Source of the DNA: the human T2T-CHM13v2.0 reference genome, Homo sapiens | Strand: one strand, 5' to 3' | DNA: 64,000 bases | Assembly (NCBI RefSeq): GCF_009914755.1 | Contig: NC_060928.1 | Shown here: positions 28,896-42,110 of the stretch, one piece after another | How the letters are laid out: each line of letters opens with the position of its first letter | How positions within the stretch are numbered: the stretch's first letter is position 1 | Position numbers and translations under genes: made by a program | Notes under the pieces: generated by a model | Told to the model about the DNA's origin: nothing | The model's input: only the letters and a program-made list of their open reading frames with translations | Database searches by the model: none

Positions 28896-29331
28896 CTGCA
28901 ACAATTCAATATAGCATAATTCAATTGTTGTAATTGTCTATTGGAAAGTAACATTTAATAAAACTTTCAACCAGATGTTTCCAATGTATTAGCAGCATGT
29001 TTGTGAAGTTTTGCTATAGGGGTGTCAGCATTGTATTGAAGTGATTGGATGTCATTTTTTAGACAGCTGTACATTTCCAAGAGCAATTCTGGGCATGAAC
29101 GACCTGATTTGGAGAGCCTTCTAGTCTTACCCTTCCATCTAATACAATTGATGAAACATGGAAATACATTATGAAGTCATATTCCTTAATTCTTAGGGCT
29201 CATTAACTCCTATAGCTGGGTTAAAAGTAACATAAAAATGTATGATTGTCAACACATTATATAAGAAAAAATACTTTGAAATAATTCTCCTGTCATCTCT
29301 TATTTCATCTGTATTTTGCTCTCCCAATTTA

Positions 29332-29440
29332 TACACACACACACACATATACAAGCCCATGTACCTCTTTCTCTTTCTTTATGCACACACAGATATATAC
29401 ATATTATATATACACACACATATATATCTATATAGATATC

Positions 29441-29484
<44 letters not shown>
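29332..29484. repeat. Compound microsatellite ending in perfect (GATA)11
   Basis: CA and TA runs, then uninterrupted gata repeats at 29441-29484. Confidence 0.95.
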
Positions 29485-29485
<1 letters not shown>

Positions 29486-29594
29486 GACTTACTTAGTCCT
29501 ACAGCATACTTGTTTACTTCTGCTTACAAAAACAAGCAGCAAAATTTTGGAGTGAAATGACCCTGGAATAATTCTTAAACCATGCTTACATATT

Positions 29595-29755
29595 AGTGAT
29601 TTAATTTTTGGTAAGTTAACAGTACTCTGTTTACTCGTTTATAAGGCTGAGGCAATAATACCTTCCTACGGTATTGTGAAAGTTGGCAAAATGCTATACA
29701 TTTGAAACTAATATGGCATCTCTTAAATGGTAGGCAATCAATAGATGGTAGTCAT
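29595..29755 (+). mobile_element. MIR fragment
   Basis: ataataccttcctacggtattgtgaaag...gtaggcaatcaatagatggtagtcat. Confidence 0.5.
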
Positions 29756-30570
29756 AATGGAGCAGCTAATATTATTTTATTACAATTATTGAAAATACAA
29801 TATTTTGAAATGACTTTGTTGGATTAATTCCTCTTTGCCACAGAGCAGTCTAACGTGACTTTGTGCTGTCCTTGTCACATACCTAGCCTCTCACCTGCCC
29901 ATCCTCGAGTCATGCCCGGTGGAAAGCTATGCTAATGTTCCAGTTCATTTGAAAAGTGGGCTGCAGCAGGAGGAACAGAATGATGGAGAGGAGACTAAGC
30001 ACAGATTTATATCTGCAGTGCCAACACCTTAGGGCCATCCTAAGGAGCTTTTCTACTGAGTCTGGAATGTGCAGTTGGCATGGTAATATGAAAAGGTAGT
30101 GAGTGAGGTTTGTCAGAGAGAAAAGGGCTACAAATCAGCAGGTCAAGTTTTCCCAGCATGTTTCAAAGAAACTTAAAGAAGAGACGGCCATGCTTACTTG
30201 CCCTTGTCTAGATGGGGACTGAAATCATACGCGGTATAGCTGGTATAAAAGAACAGTGAACAAACTATAGTGACGCTTAATAGAGAGTATATAAGGGATA
30301 TATACATTATAGCAGTTAATGCTGAAGCAATATGTTCAAAAAGAAGAATTCATGCTGATTACTTACCCATAAATCATAAACAGGTTTAGGCCTAGCCTAG
30401 AGCATGGGGAACTGGGGGTACAGGAGGACAGAAATAGTAATTAGCAACAAGGTTGTCAGTAGCAAAGTTAAAAAAATAAAGTAACATTAAAAGTGGTAGA
30501 GCTAAGAAGAGTTATTTGGGGGGGGTGTTGGGGGAGTCTCTTACGCTATGAAAATGAGCCTGTAGTATTT

Positions 30571-30865
<295 letters not shown>

Positions 30866-31589
30866 TTAAGCAGAGCACTTGCATAAAACAAGTGACTCTT
30901 GCTCAGTAGTTTTATGACTAGCCACTTCAAATTCATAGGGAGCAAGATAAGCAAATAACAGAAGATTCCTGAATATTTCCCAAAGGATTCTCTCTCTAGG
31001 TAGCCATAGGTATACAAGGCACCACTCAGGACAGACACTGACTTACCTTCTCTGGTATTAGAAGCAGCAGCAGCAATAGTTTCCACAGAATATAAAAAAC
31101 ATATTTAGGATATATATAGTCGTAGCAAGTATTTCCCATATTTCTGTCCTACATTTTAAACATTCTTTCTAATATTTCATTCTGTCATCCCTTCAGTAGC
31201 AAAATAATCATATCTGCAGGCTAACTCAGAATAAGTTATAAAATCATTGTGATGGCATTTGCCATTGGGGTTACATTTCAGGGGGCTGTGCTATATTGTG
31301 AGTGAAATTGGTATTTGGACATTTTTTTATAGTCTCAGGTTTATAAACAAACTATTTACTCATACCCCTCTTGTACCTGGGGAACAAACAAAGCGCTGTT
31401 TTTCTCTGCCCTTCATTAGTTAGTGCCTCTGAAGGACTAACAATGTCCTTCAGCACATTTGATGTAATTGTGATTTTTATATGTAGGCTATTGTGACAAT
31501 GTGACACTCTCTGCATACCAGTGTCCAACTCCAGGAAGTGTTTTGAATAGCTATCATAATAATTGGTCATTAGTTCTTCATTGTTAGTA

Positions 31590-31790
31590 ACACTTTCTCA
31601 TGCATCATCTCATTTAATTGATAAAATAAATGCCTAGTATAGGCAGGGCAGATCTCTACATCCTCATTTGTGAGATGAGAAAATATAGTTTTAGAGAATG
31701 TAACTAATTTGCTCAAAATTACACAGCTTGTGAGTGATAGAATTGAAACAATTACTTAGATATTCTCTGTTCTATTTTAGCAGTCTTTCT
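31590..31790 (-). mobile_element. MIR SINE
   Basis: catcatctcatttaat...cctcatttgtgagatgagaaaat...taactaatttgctcaaaattacacagct. Confidence 0.7.
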
Positions 31791-32479
31791 GATTGTTTAT
31801 TGCCACTCACTACTATGCTAATTTTTACACAATGTACAAAATAAAATATTTCACTTAAAGTCCTAACCAGTTTAGAGGTTACAGTGAAGCCATGAAAGTC
31901 AGATTTGCAAAGGATAAAGTGCTAATTGTCTGATTCAGTTAACGCAAGCAAAAAGAGTTCATTTATTAATAAATATATGTTGTTTAATAAGCTATATGGA
32001 GTCATTAAAATGAGGTTATATTACAGGAAGTCTTGGAAAATAAGAAAGAAAATTTGAATGAAACAGAAGAAGTGGGGGAGGAGAGAAAGAAGGGAGATGA
32101 AATAGTGGAAGGAAAGAAAGAAAATAATTGCTGAGTATTTACTGTGTGATAAGTAGTTTTGCATACAATATCGCGTATAGTATGGAGAGTTACAGTCAGC
32201 AAGGACTAGTTTAGGCAGAGAGATTAGGGGACCTTCCAGGCAAGTAAGTTATAATTGGCCTGACATAGTGGTGGCTATGGGTGAGACACCTGTGTAATTC
32301 ATTAAAGAGATTGCTTTAATGGGATAGAGAACTTATGATAACAATTAGGAGGAAATACGATTGCATTAATTAATGTAAAGTTGTACTTGATAAGTTTCTC
32401 AAAATTTAGAAAAAAGAATTATCTACTGGATTAAACATATTTTCTTCTCATCTGCTCAGTGTTTATTTTCCCTTCCTCT

Positions 32480-32996
32480 ACTATCATTACTTTAATGTAA
32501 GAGTGGAAAATAACCCCTTTCTTACTATTTACATTGTTAGAGTGAAATTCACCATATTCCCCATTCTGCTCTAAGAACTATATATGTAACCTGGTCCTGG
32601 CCTCTTTAAAGGATGGTTTCATGCCCCAAGCTATGTAAGTGGGAATCTGGTCTGAGACTTTTCCTTAATTTGATAAAAGCAGGGAGTTCTTCTTACAAGG
32701 GTTGTTAAACTGGTATAATGTTAGACATGGATTAATTCTAAACATATTTGTCATTTTATGGTGAAATTATTCCTTAGAAAGAAGTCAAAACATAAGATAG
32801 CTGAAAATAGAAGTGAAAGGACACAGTTTAGTGATGTTGTGATTTGAGCACATGGATAAAGCTGTACCCTGAGTCAGATGCCCTGGACTCTTCAGTTTTG
32901 TGAATTGATGAATGTTAAACCTTCACTTACATAACAACAACAAAAAACACAAAACACTGAGTTTCAGATTATAGCCAAATGGTTTAGACTAATACA
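32480..32996 (+). mobile_element. Old MaLR LTR (MLT1K/L-like)
   Basis: tttgagcacatggataaagctgtacc...cctggactcttcagtt and terminal actaataca. Confidence 0.55.
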
Positions 32997-33529
32997 AGTT
33001 CCGATTTAATGTTTTAAAGTACATAACAGAAAGTATATGTGGGTTTTTATGGGTTGGAATAATTGATGAAAACATTGTGGTGTTTCTTTTCTTGGTAGTT
33101 TGCAAAATGTATCTGAGTAGATAAGCTAACATTATTGAAACATTTTATAGTAGATCTGATGAAACCATGGGTATTTGGAATAAAATAAAGAGGTAAGGTT
33201 GGATCTGAATAATGTTTAGTGATGAACTTGTTATGAAGTTACAGAGAAAAAAAAATTTGAAGATTTGGAAGAATGATGTTACACTGAAAGATGAGGGGAA
33301 ATTGAGAAATAGGGTTGAATCATTTTGGTAAGCAATATCCCTAAATTCCTTTAAAATGTATAAATTATCTATAGAAAATTATGCCTAGCCCAACTATAAG
33401 TTTTTAGTGCCCAGAATTCAAAATACTTCATGAATTGCATCTATCTCCTTTTGTTGTACAGCTTTTTGTTCCCTACAAAATAATATAGATCAAACAAATC
33501 AGTCAATTGAAATTTTCTTCTTTTCTTTT

Positions 33530-34160
33530 TTTAATCCTTTAAAAATTGGTGTAGTATTTGCCACAAGAAATACACGTAAGTTACATGTAACTTTTCAATC
33601 AGAAACTTATAAAATCAAACTTTGAAACCATCATCCAACTTGAAAAATAGACCTTTTCCAGTCTCATAGCAATACACTCTTTGCCCTCTCAGATCCTCTC
33701 CTGTAATACCCCTCCTTCACTTTTCCACACAGATAACCACCACTTTGTGCTTCACCATATGTTCAGAACCTTAGATATGCCTGTTGGGTCATTTACTTCC
33801 GGTTGAGGTACTTACATCTTTAGTAGTAAGGAAGCATAGTAAGTTATCTCACCTTTTGTTTATCTGGCAATTTCTTATTTAGCCATAGTACTTGAAAGAT
33901 CTTTGGGTGTTCAATTCTTAGCTGACAATTACCATGTCCTAACAATTTGAATGTATTTTGTCCCTTGTATCTAGCTTACATGGTTTACATGGTAGAGCTC
34001 ATAGTCAGGCTAAATTTCTTTCATCAATTTGCAGACAATCTACTTTTCTGGATGCTTTAAAAATGCTGTTATCTCACTTTGCGTTTTACCCAGCTTTTAA
34101 TTCCACCTATAGTTACATTTGATATTTTTTCAAATAAATGATTTAGCCAATTTTTCTCTA
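33530..34160 (-). mobile_element. L1M fragments (continue at about 35070-36170)
   Basis: Antisense old-L1 motifs (gaaaccatcatccaactt, cagataaccaccac, cttgaaagat...ttcttagctgaca). Confidence 0.45.
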
Positions 34161-34168
34161 ATTATCTA

Positions 34169-35065
34169 AGTTAACAGAAAAACAAATCACTCAATTTATA
34201 AATTTAGAAAAGAGAGCTTTATTGCTTAAGAAGGGGATTATCACCTGCAGGTGGGAAGCACATCCTCCAGCTGAGAATTGAAAGCAAGCTCTTAGAGGGA
34301 GGAAGGGATAAAACAGGAATTTATGGTGAATGAGTTGGGCAAGTATACATACTCAAGAGGATACAGGAGGAACTATGAATATTTATAAATGGGAAGTCTC
34401 AGGCATGGGTCATAAGCAAACATGCTAACATGTATCCAATGCTCGCTTTGAGGTGGAGACTTAACATTTAAATATATTACAGTTGGACCCTATACATTAA
34501 AAGGTGAAGCAGGGATATGAGTGAAGGCACTCGGATGCATAGCCTCTGTAAATTAGCCACAATCAGTTCATGGTTGGTGGTCTCTTACCAAGAGAAAGTT
34601 ACAGAAATCAGTCTGTTGTCAATCAAAGCTATATAGTTATGGCTTGTGGAACAGGGAGCCTCAGTTAGTGTCTGGTGGTTGGCATTCTGCAACTGTTCAA
34701 TGTTACTTATCTCAAGGGCAATGATTGTTTAGCTGCTAGAGAAAAAGGAGAAAATAACAAAATCCTGGTGGTAATTAGAACATAGTTTATTCTAAGTGTA
34801 GGGATGTGTGACTTAACTCTTGCCTAGCATGACTTTAGATGTTGTTTATAATTTGGTATCTTATAGTTATAAAAAGCCCATTCTGTCAGTCTTATGGTCT
34901 GCATTTTAACTTTAATGCTGGTCAGTTGTATCTAAACTGCAAAAGAGCGGGAGCATAACAAGGCATCTGACGTCTTATCCGGTCATGGCAGGGAACTCAG
35001 TTTTGACCAAGGAGTGTGTCTGTTTACTGAGTTGAGGGGCTTAGGATTTTATTTTTAGTTATCCA
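34169..35065 (-). mobile_element. MER49-like (MER4-group ERV1) solo LTR
   Basis: About 900 bp; reverse complement starts tggataactaaaaataaaatcctaagcccctcaac and includes aactgaccagcattaa...ataagactgacagaa...gataccaaattataaac. Confidence 0.75.
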
Positions 35066-35230
35066 TTAACAAAGTTAGTTTTTGATTCTTTTATGGCAGA
35101 TGTTCATTTTTCCCTCTCCTACTTCCCATTCTCCACAATGATAATAGTTTAATTTTAATTACATATATAATATTATATAATGTTGCACATACTACATTAT
35201 ATATATTATCTATATATGAGTATGTATGTA

Positions 35231-35772
35231 CACATAATCCTCAACTTATGATGGAGTTATGACTGCATAAACTCATTATAAATTGAAAGTATCATCCAGA
35301 GTTGAGGTCAAGGAGTGTAATGAATATATGTTTTTTCAAACCATCCTAAAGTCAAAAATTACGTGTCAAACCATCTGTATTAGTCTGTTTCCACACCACT
35401 ATAAAGAATGACCTGACTACTATAAAGAACAACCTGAGACTGGGTAATAAGAGGTTTAATTGACTCACAGTTCTGCATGGGTTGGGAGGCCTCAGGAAAC
35501 TTACAAACATGGTGGAAGGTGAAGGGGAAACAAAGCATGTCATATGTCGTGGCAGGAGAGACAGAGAGTCAGGGAGGGACTGCTACATACTTTTAAACCA
35601 TCAGATCTCATGGGAACTCACTAACTCAAGAACAGCATGGGGAAAACCACCCCCATGATCCAATCACCTCCCACTAGGTCCCTCCCCTGACACCTGGGGA
35701 TTACAATTCAACATGAGATTTGAGTGAGGCACAGAGCAAAACCATATTACCATAATAAGTCGGGGACATCTG
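35231..35772. mobile_element. MER47-type (TcMar-Tigger) MITE, interrupted by THE1D
   Basis: Terminal inverted repeats cacataatcctcaactta and taagtcggggacatctg, flanked by TA. Confidence 0.75.
35376..35749 (-). mobile_element. THE1D MaLR solo LTR
   Basis: tgtattagtc...ggaggcctcaggaaacttaca...gatccaatcacctcccac...aaaccatatta; 5-bp TSD ccatc/ccata. Confidence 0.85.
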
Positions 35773-36202
35773 TATATGAATATACATAATTAATTTTAGC
35801 TTGTGCATCAAATTCTTATTCCATATTATGTTTATTAAGCATGTAATATTTCAGCTTTCTCCATTATTTATTTAATTCTGTAATTTTACCATTTCTATAT
35901 TTTTTGTTTTAATTCATGTTTCAGTTGGCTGAAATTGTTATTGGAGGTATGTTTTCAAGAAAGATAGGTATATTTTTCTCTGCTTTCATCTATTTCTGGT
36001 AACTTATCTGAGTATAGAATTTTTGTCAAGAACCTTCCTGAAAAACATCAATAATGCTCAATCACCTTTTGGAATTTAGTGAAGCAGAGTAGAAGTGTGA
36101 GGCTGTTGTTTATAGATAAACTTTTATTTCTGCCTTGATGAATATGAATTTTTACACTTGAAATTAGACTGCATAATGGGAGATTGTGCAGAAATTAGGA
36201 AG

Positions 36203-36655
36203 ATAAACTAATTTTATTTTAAAATAAAATAATAAACTAATTTTATTTTAAAATAAAATAATAAACTAATTTTATTTTAAAATAAAATAATAAACTAATT
36301 TTATTTTAAATAAAATAATAAACTAATTTTATTTTAAAATAAAATAATAAACTAATTTTATTTTAAAATAAAATAATAAACTAATTTTATTTTAAAATAA
36401 AATAATAAACTAATTTTATTTTAAAATAAAATAATAAACTAATTTTATTTTAAAATAAAATAATAAACTAATTTTATTTTAAAATAAAATAATAAACTAA
36501 TTTTATTTTAAAATAAAATAATAAACTAATTTTATTTTAAAATAAAATAATAAACTAATTTTATTTTAAAATAAAATAATAAACTAATTTTATTTTAAAA
36601 TAAAATAATAAACTAATTTTATTTTAAAATAAAATAATAAACTAATTTTATTTTA
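36203..36655. repeat. AT-rich 29-bp minisatellite (ATAAACTAATTTTATTTTAAAATAAAATA) x about 15.6
   Basis: Sixteen single C residues spaced 29 bp apart, with one 28-bp interval (36295 to 36323); intact units contain the palindrome ATTTTATTTTAAAATAAAAT. Confidence 0.99.
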
Positions 36656-36849
36656 GATCGTGGAAAGAGTTTAGATCATGGCAGAGTTTAGATCATGGAA
36701 AACCTAATGTACCATGCCAAAGATATGGGATATTTTTCCTTTAGATGATGAGGCTTTATTATTTTTATTGTTGTTATGACCATCATTCACAGAATTATTA
36801 TTACCAGAGTACCATTATATGTAGGAGTTTCCCCGGTTTGCCATGCTGT

Positions 36850-37360
36850 CTACATTAGTTAGTTCTTGCTACATAACAAATCACATTAGTTTTGTTAAAA
36901 CTACATTCACACATTTATTTAGCTAATGAATCCACAGGTCAGAAATTTGGGTTAATCTCAGCAGGGTGGTTGTTTTAATTTGGTCTAGAATTGGCTAATC
37001 TCAGCTTTACTCATTCAAGTTTCTGCAGTAAGCTGGTAGGTCAACAATGACTAAGTAATTTCTAATGGCCTCAGATATGACAGCTGGGATAACTGGGGCT
37101 TCTCTCTCGGTGGCCTGTCGTCATCTACAAGGACAGATGGAGCTTGTTTACCTGGTGACAAGAGTTTACAGACTTTAAAAGCAGCAAGAGGGCAAGTTCC
37201 AATTTACAAGTATGCTTCAAGTCCATTTAAATCATCTTCGCTACTGTTCCCATTGCCCAAAGAAAATCACAGGGCGAAGCCCAGAGTCAGTGTGCACAAG
37301 CACTTCCAAGGATCGTGGGTACTGGGAAGCATGAACAAATTAGGGCCATACTGCATCATT
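36850..37360 (-). mobile_element. MLT1G/H MaLR LTR
   Basis: ttgctacataacaaatcac...ctcagcagggtgg...cccattgcccaaagaaaatcacagggcgaagcccagagtcagtgtg. Confidence 0.75.
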
Positions 37361-39559
37361 GCACCCCACTGCCCTGCACGAACTCCAAAACACCAGAATA
37401 CCTGGCAGCAAAATTCCTTAAGGAAGGGTAAGTGTGGGTAACCAGTATCCATCTAAGCCTGCTCTGGTGCTCTGCTTCAATTCTTACCTCAGGAAGTCTC
37501 CTGACAAAAGATCAGTTCTTGATCTGGACTCTTGTCACACTGATGAAAGTGGAAGTTCCTATTATTATTTATGTATTTGTAGAAACATTTAATATATAAG
37601 CAAGTTTAAAACAAATGAAAATTTCTTAAATTCTTTATTCAATATATTTATACCAGTTTTTTTATTTCAAATGTTTCATTTGATGAAGTTTGAAAATACT
37701 AGGATTACTATCTTAGAACTTCATTACATATTGATTCATTACATAATTGATTTTTTACATTTAGGACCAAAAAAAAGAAATCATGATGGGAAGTAATGTT
37801 AATAGTAATAACAATTTTAGCCTGCCTCCTGTATGCTGGAACCATCTTCCTCCATAAGGAGATTGAATGAGGTATCAGAGTGCACAATTCAAGATGTCAG
37901 GCTTTTTGGTACAAATACGTATTATTTCAACTATATAATTTAATTTCATACTAATACGTAGTTAATAAAATATATATTTAAAGTTTCTGTCATTTGAATA
38001 ATTGGTTCTGATGGTTCTATTGTTTTTCAAGATTAAGAAATAAAATATTATTCTTAAATATCTGTAGGTGGGAAAGATCTAATTTAAATTAAAGGCAAAA
38101 CAATATTATTCTTTAAATACACATGTTAAATTCTCCCTACCTTTAAAATGCCCTTTGGGTAACCTTATAAAAGGTTTATTTGTACACTGACCAAGAAGTT
38201 CTTGGCTTTTGCTTCAGTGATGTGTTTCTAAACCCTGACTTAAAAGTTAGTCTTTTATAACTACATGATTTCTGTTTAAATGACTTGTGTAAAACAAGTA
38301 TGTGCAAAATTGAAATGAGTTTTTCCATTGCCTTATATCCTCTTGAAAAGAAAATTAGCCTAATGAGTCAGAATTAGTACAAGATGTTTCAGAACATCTG
38401 TAATACTATACAGTGTGGGGACCTGGGTCCCAGCTCCTCAGGCAGATGCTCTTAGGGTAGGGAGCTGTTCTCTCTTTACTATCTTTTGCACAGATTACCT
38501 CGGAGGCTTTTAACATTCGGTCTTTCTCTTTCTCTTTCCTTTTCCCTTGTGCTCCTAATAATTTACTGTGGATATTTTCAGCATGACACACAACTGCTGC
38601 TGATGATAATGAAAACTGTTCACCTAATTTCTCCCTGCCCTACACTCAGAACGAACTGTCTAGAGTCAAACTATGCAGCAGAAAACTTAGCAGGAGGCAG
38701 TAACTGGCAGAATGATGACATAGGTAAGAGACAGGGTCGATGGGCACAAGCAAAATGTGATTAGCACAGTGTGTGTTGGTCAGGCCTCAGGGAAGGGAAT
38801 GTTACTTCACCCTCTCCTAGCTTTGCTGCTTGGGACCAGGTGGCTATTGGGTAAGGCCCAACATCCAAAATGGGTCCAGGCCTCCCGAAAGCAAACCTTC
38901 TTAATTAGTTATAGTTGATTGACTCAAATGAGCCAGAAGGTTAGATCAGGCTTCCTGCTTTGAATTTTGTGTTTTCCGTTGGAGGCACAATAGATTATAA
39001 TCTTGGAATGCAATTTCTTAGGGCCCTTGTGAATATCAACAGTCTGTTGCATTAGCTCTTGTCAACCAAATTGGAAGTTAATTAACTTCGCAATAAGAGT
39101 TTAAGAAATGTCTGCATTTAAAGATATAGGATAATTTTGTGGCATAATATATGTGAACATTTACTGTGACCACAGCAACAAAACACAGTGAGCAGATTTC
39201 AAGGCAAATAAAAGAAAATGTCTCTGTTCTCAAGGTATTTTGGTTCATGTCTGATAGCTTTACAGGCAGCCTTTTCAATGGAGTAAGTAAAAAGTAAAGA
39301 CCTGCGATAATGTGGCAAGGCTTTTACAATACAAAAATAGTGAGATGAAGATTCCACAAAGTATTACAATGTCATAGAGCTAAACACATTACATGTCTTT
39401 GTGTTACATTAAATTATACAATTAAGTCACATTCTAGTTCACTATACAGCAGTTTCTATTTATTAGAAAAGGGAAAAAAATTCAGAAAGACAATTACAGA
39501 AAAAGTAATTTATTTTACAGTTTTATTTCTAACAAAAACAAGACTTTAAAAACTTAACT

Positions 39560-40700
39560 CAAAAATCTTTCCTACTGATCTACTAGTATTTCTTCCATAC
39601 CTCCCATTCTCTTAAATAATATCACCATTAATAAGTTGTCTAAATCAGGGACCTTAATGTTATAGTTGATATCTTCTTTATCCTTTCATCGCATGTCAAT
39701 AAAAAACCATGTTACCATTCTAGTCAGGCCTGTACCTCCAAATTCCTGTAGCAACTACCTCCTCTCTCCAGCCCACCATCCGATTTTCAGCCCCCATCAT
39801 GTGTTACGTGAATGATTGATATGGCCTCTCTACATTCAACCTCTTGACATCCCAGTCCATCTTCTGTCTACTCTGCTGCCACGATGGCTTTTTAAAAATT
39901 TTCAGGTGAATTTCCATTATTTATGGGAAAAAAGTCTACACATTAAATCATGGTATATGAGAAACAATGGTAGCTTATGACAATGCTCTGATGGAGATAT
40001 TTTAATACAATTTATTCAAGATTAGAAAAGTTAATTACCTTTTCAAGGACACACAATAAATAAGAGAAGAGCTGGTATTTGTTTAGCTCCATCTGCCCGA
40101 CTGTGCAAAGTGTCTCTTCAGAGCAAGCCTCTGGCCTACCTTTCCTGTCTCATCCCAGTCACCACCAGACATACCCTTTCCGCTGGTATCATACCGGAAT
40201 CTTACTGTCTCTCTGTATGGCCCATACATCTTTTTAACCTGTCCCATCCCTACTGATATTTTAAAAGTGATATCAAGTGTATCTTCATTTCCTCAGTTTC
40301 CTATGAAACTCTCTCCCAAGGAAAACTATTTAATTATGCATTTTCATTTTCAAAATATTTGATTCTTGCTGTTAGCCTCCTACATTGCAGAACCAACAAG
40401 GGGACATTGAGTTTTTCCCGTTGCAATATTTCTCTGATAAACTCTGTGTTGTCAAATCTTTCCCTCTGGCCACAGCCAGGAATGACTCTCCACTTTTAAG
40501 GAATATTTCTTATATCTGCCTATTGAGCAGTTTTCAGATTATATTAGAGCTATTTGATTATGTATTCATCTCAACCATTAGACTACATGTCCTTTGAGAC
40601 CCGAGGCGATATGTTACTCATTTTCTAATATTCATTGTGTCTGATATAATTCATATTTCATAGTATGACTTCAATAACTGTACATTGAATTAAATTGATA
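39560..40700 (+). mobile_element. L2 fragments with an embedded MIR piece
   Basis: Diverged L2 motifs (cagtccatcttc...tgctgccac; cattagactacatgtcctttgag...tacattgaattaaattga). Confidence 0.4.
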
Positions 40701-41492
40701 TTTCTAAGAATTTACAATGATTACTTTCAAAATGTCTTATGGAAGAAGACTGAGAAAGAAATTCCCTGTGAATTGCATGTAGTAATTTTGTTTTGCTTTT
40801 CTTTGTAGAGTCCTTAGCAAATACAAACATAAATATATTTAATATTGATGTACAGGGACACAAATATCCCTACATTATACATATATATGTATATGTATAC
40901 ACAGGTAAAAATACATTGTGGATATACATATTATATGCATATACATATTATTTATATATACAAATCTATTCTTATTCAAGATAATTTATCAAATAGATTA
41001 CTGTTAACATGAATAGTTTATTTTCCTGTTTGACATCTGCTACTTAACCAGGAATATTAGTTTTTAGAGTTATTCCAAATAAACTGGTAATCATCCATTG
41101 ATTTTAAAAGCAAATCATCCATTTGCTTTTCAAAAGACAAAAAAGCCTTGTAACTAAGTAGAAAATAAATCCTATGAAGTTTGACTACAAGAAATATAGT
41201 TTTGTTTGACCTATTTACTATTGATTAGGACCCACATTCTACATCTATATATTAATTTATAATTCATTGATAGGTAGCAAATAATTTCCATTTACGAAAG
41301 ATTAAGTAAATTTTCTCCACTAGAAGAGATAAATCCAAATGATACAGTGTAATTGCCTTGTAATGCATTAACTTGTTTTGTATCTATCCATGTAAATTTG
41401 TTTCAGCATTATTTTTGTCTCATTGATTTTATATGAGTCTCTATTTCCCTCTGAATTAGTTCTACTATTGGGCTATTTAGCTTATTAATAAG

Positions 41493-42110
41493 TGTGGTAT
41501 GCAGAATAATGCTCCTCCCACAAATGTTCACACTCTATTCCCTGTAATTTGCGAATACATTATTACATGGAAAAAGGGACTTTGCAGATGTGTTTATATA
41601 ATTATAGAATTTAAGATATGAGATTATCCTGGATAAAACAGGTAGGTCCAAGCTAACCACATGAGTCCCTAAAAGCAGAGAACCATTCCTAGCTGTAGTC
41701 CGTGAGAAAGATTTGACAGCAGACAGTGTGTCAGAGAAATACTGCCATGGGAAGGACTCATTGCTCCCTTGCTGGTTCTGAGATATAGGGAGCTAAGAAC
41801 AATAACCAAAGAGAAACCTCATGGTGTAAATGGTGGCCTCTACTTAACAGCCAATAGCAACAGAAAATCCCCAGGACCTCAGTACTACCACTAAGGGAAA
41901 CCGAATTCTGCCAGCAGCCCAAAAGAATAGGAAATGGATCTTCCCCTAGAATCTCCAGAAAAGAATGCAGCTTTGCTGACTTTGTGATTTTATCCATGTG
42001 AGACCCATGTTGGACTTCTGTCCTACAGAGATGTCAGATAATTAGTTTGAGTTGTTTTAAGCCACTAAATTTGTGGTAATCTATTACAGCAGCAAGAGAA
42101 AACTAATACA
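41493..42110 (+). mobile_element. MLT1D/E MaLR solo LTR
   Basis: tgtggtatgcagaataatg...aaagggactttgcagatgtg...gttttaagccactaaatttgtggtaat...gaaaactaataca. Confidence 0.9.

Noticed and set aside
36203-36655. Regular 29-bp repeats as a CRISPR array
   Set aside because: The units are head to tail with no unique spacers, there are no cas genes, and the context is primate DNA.
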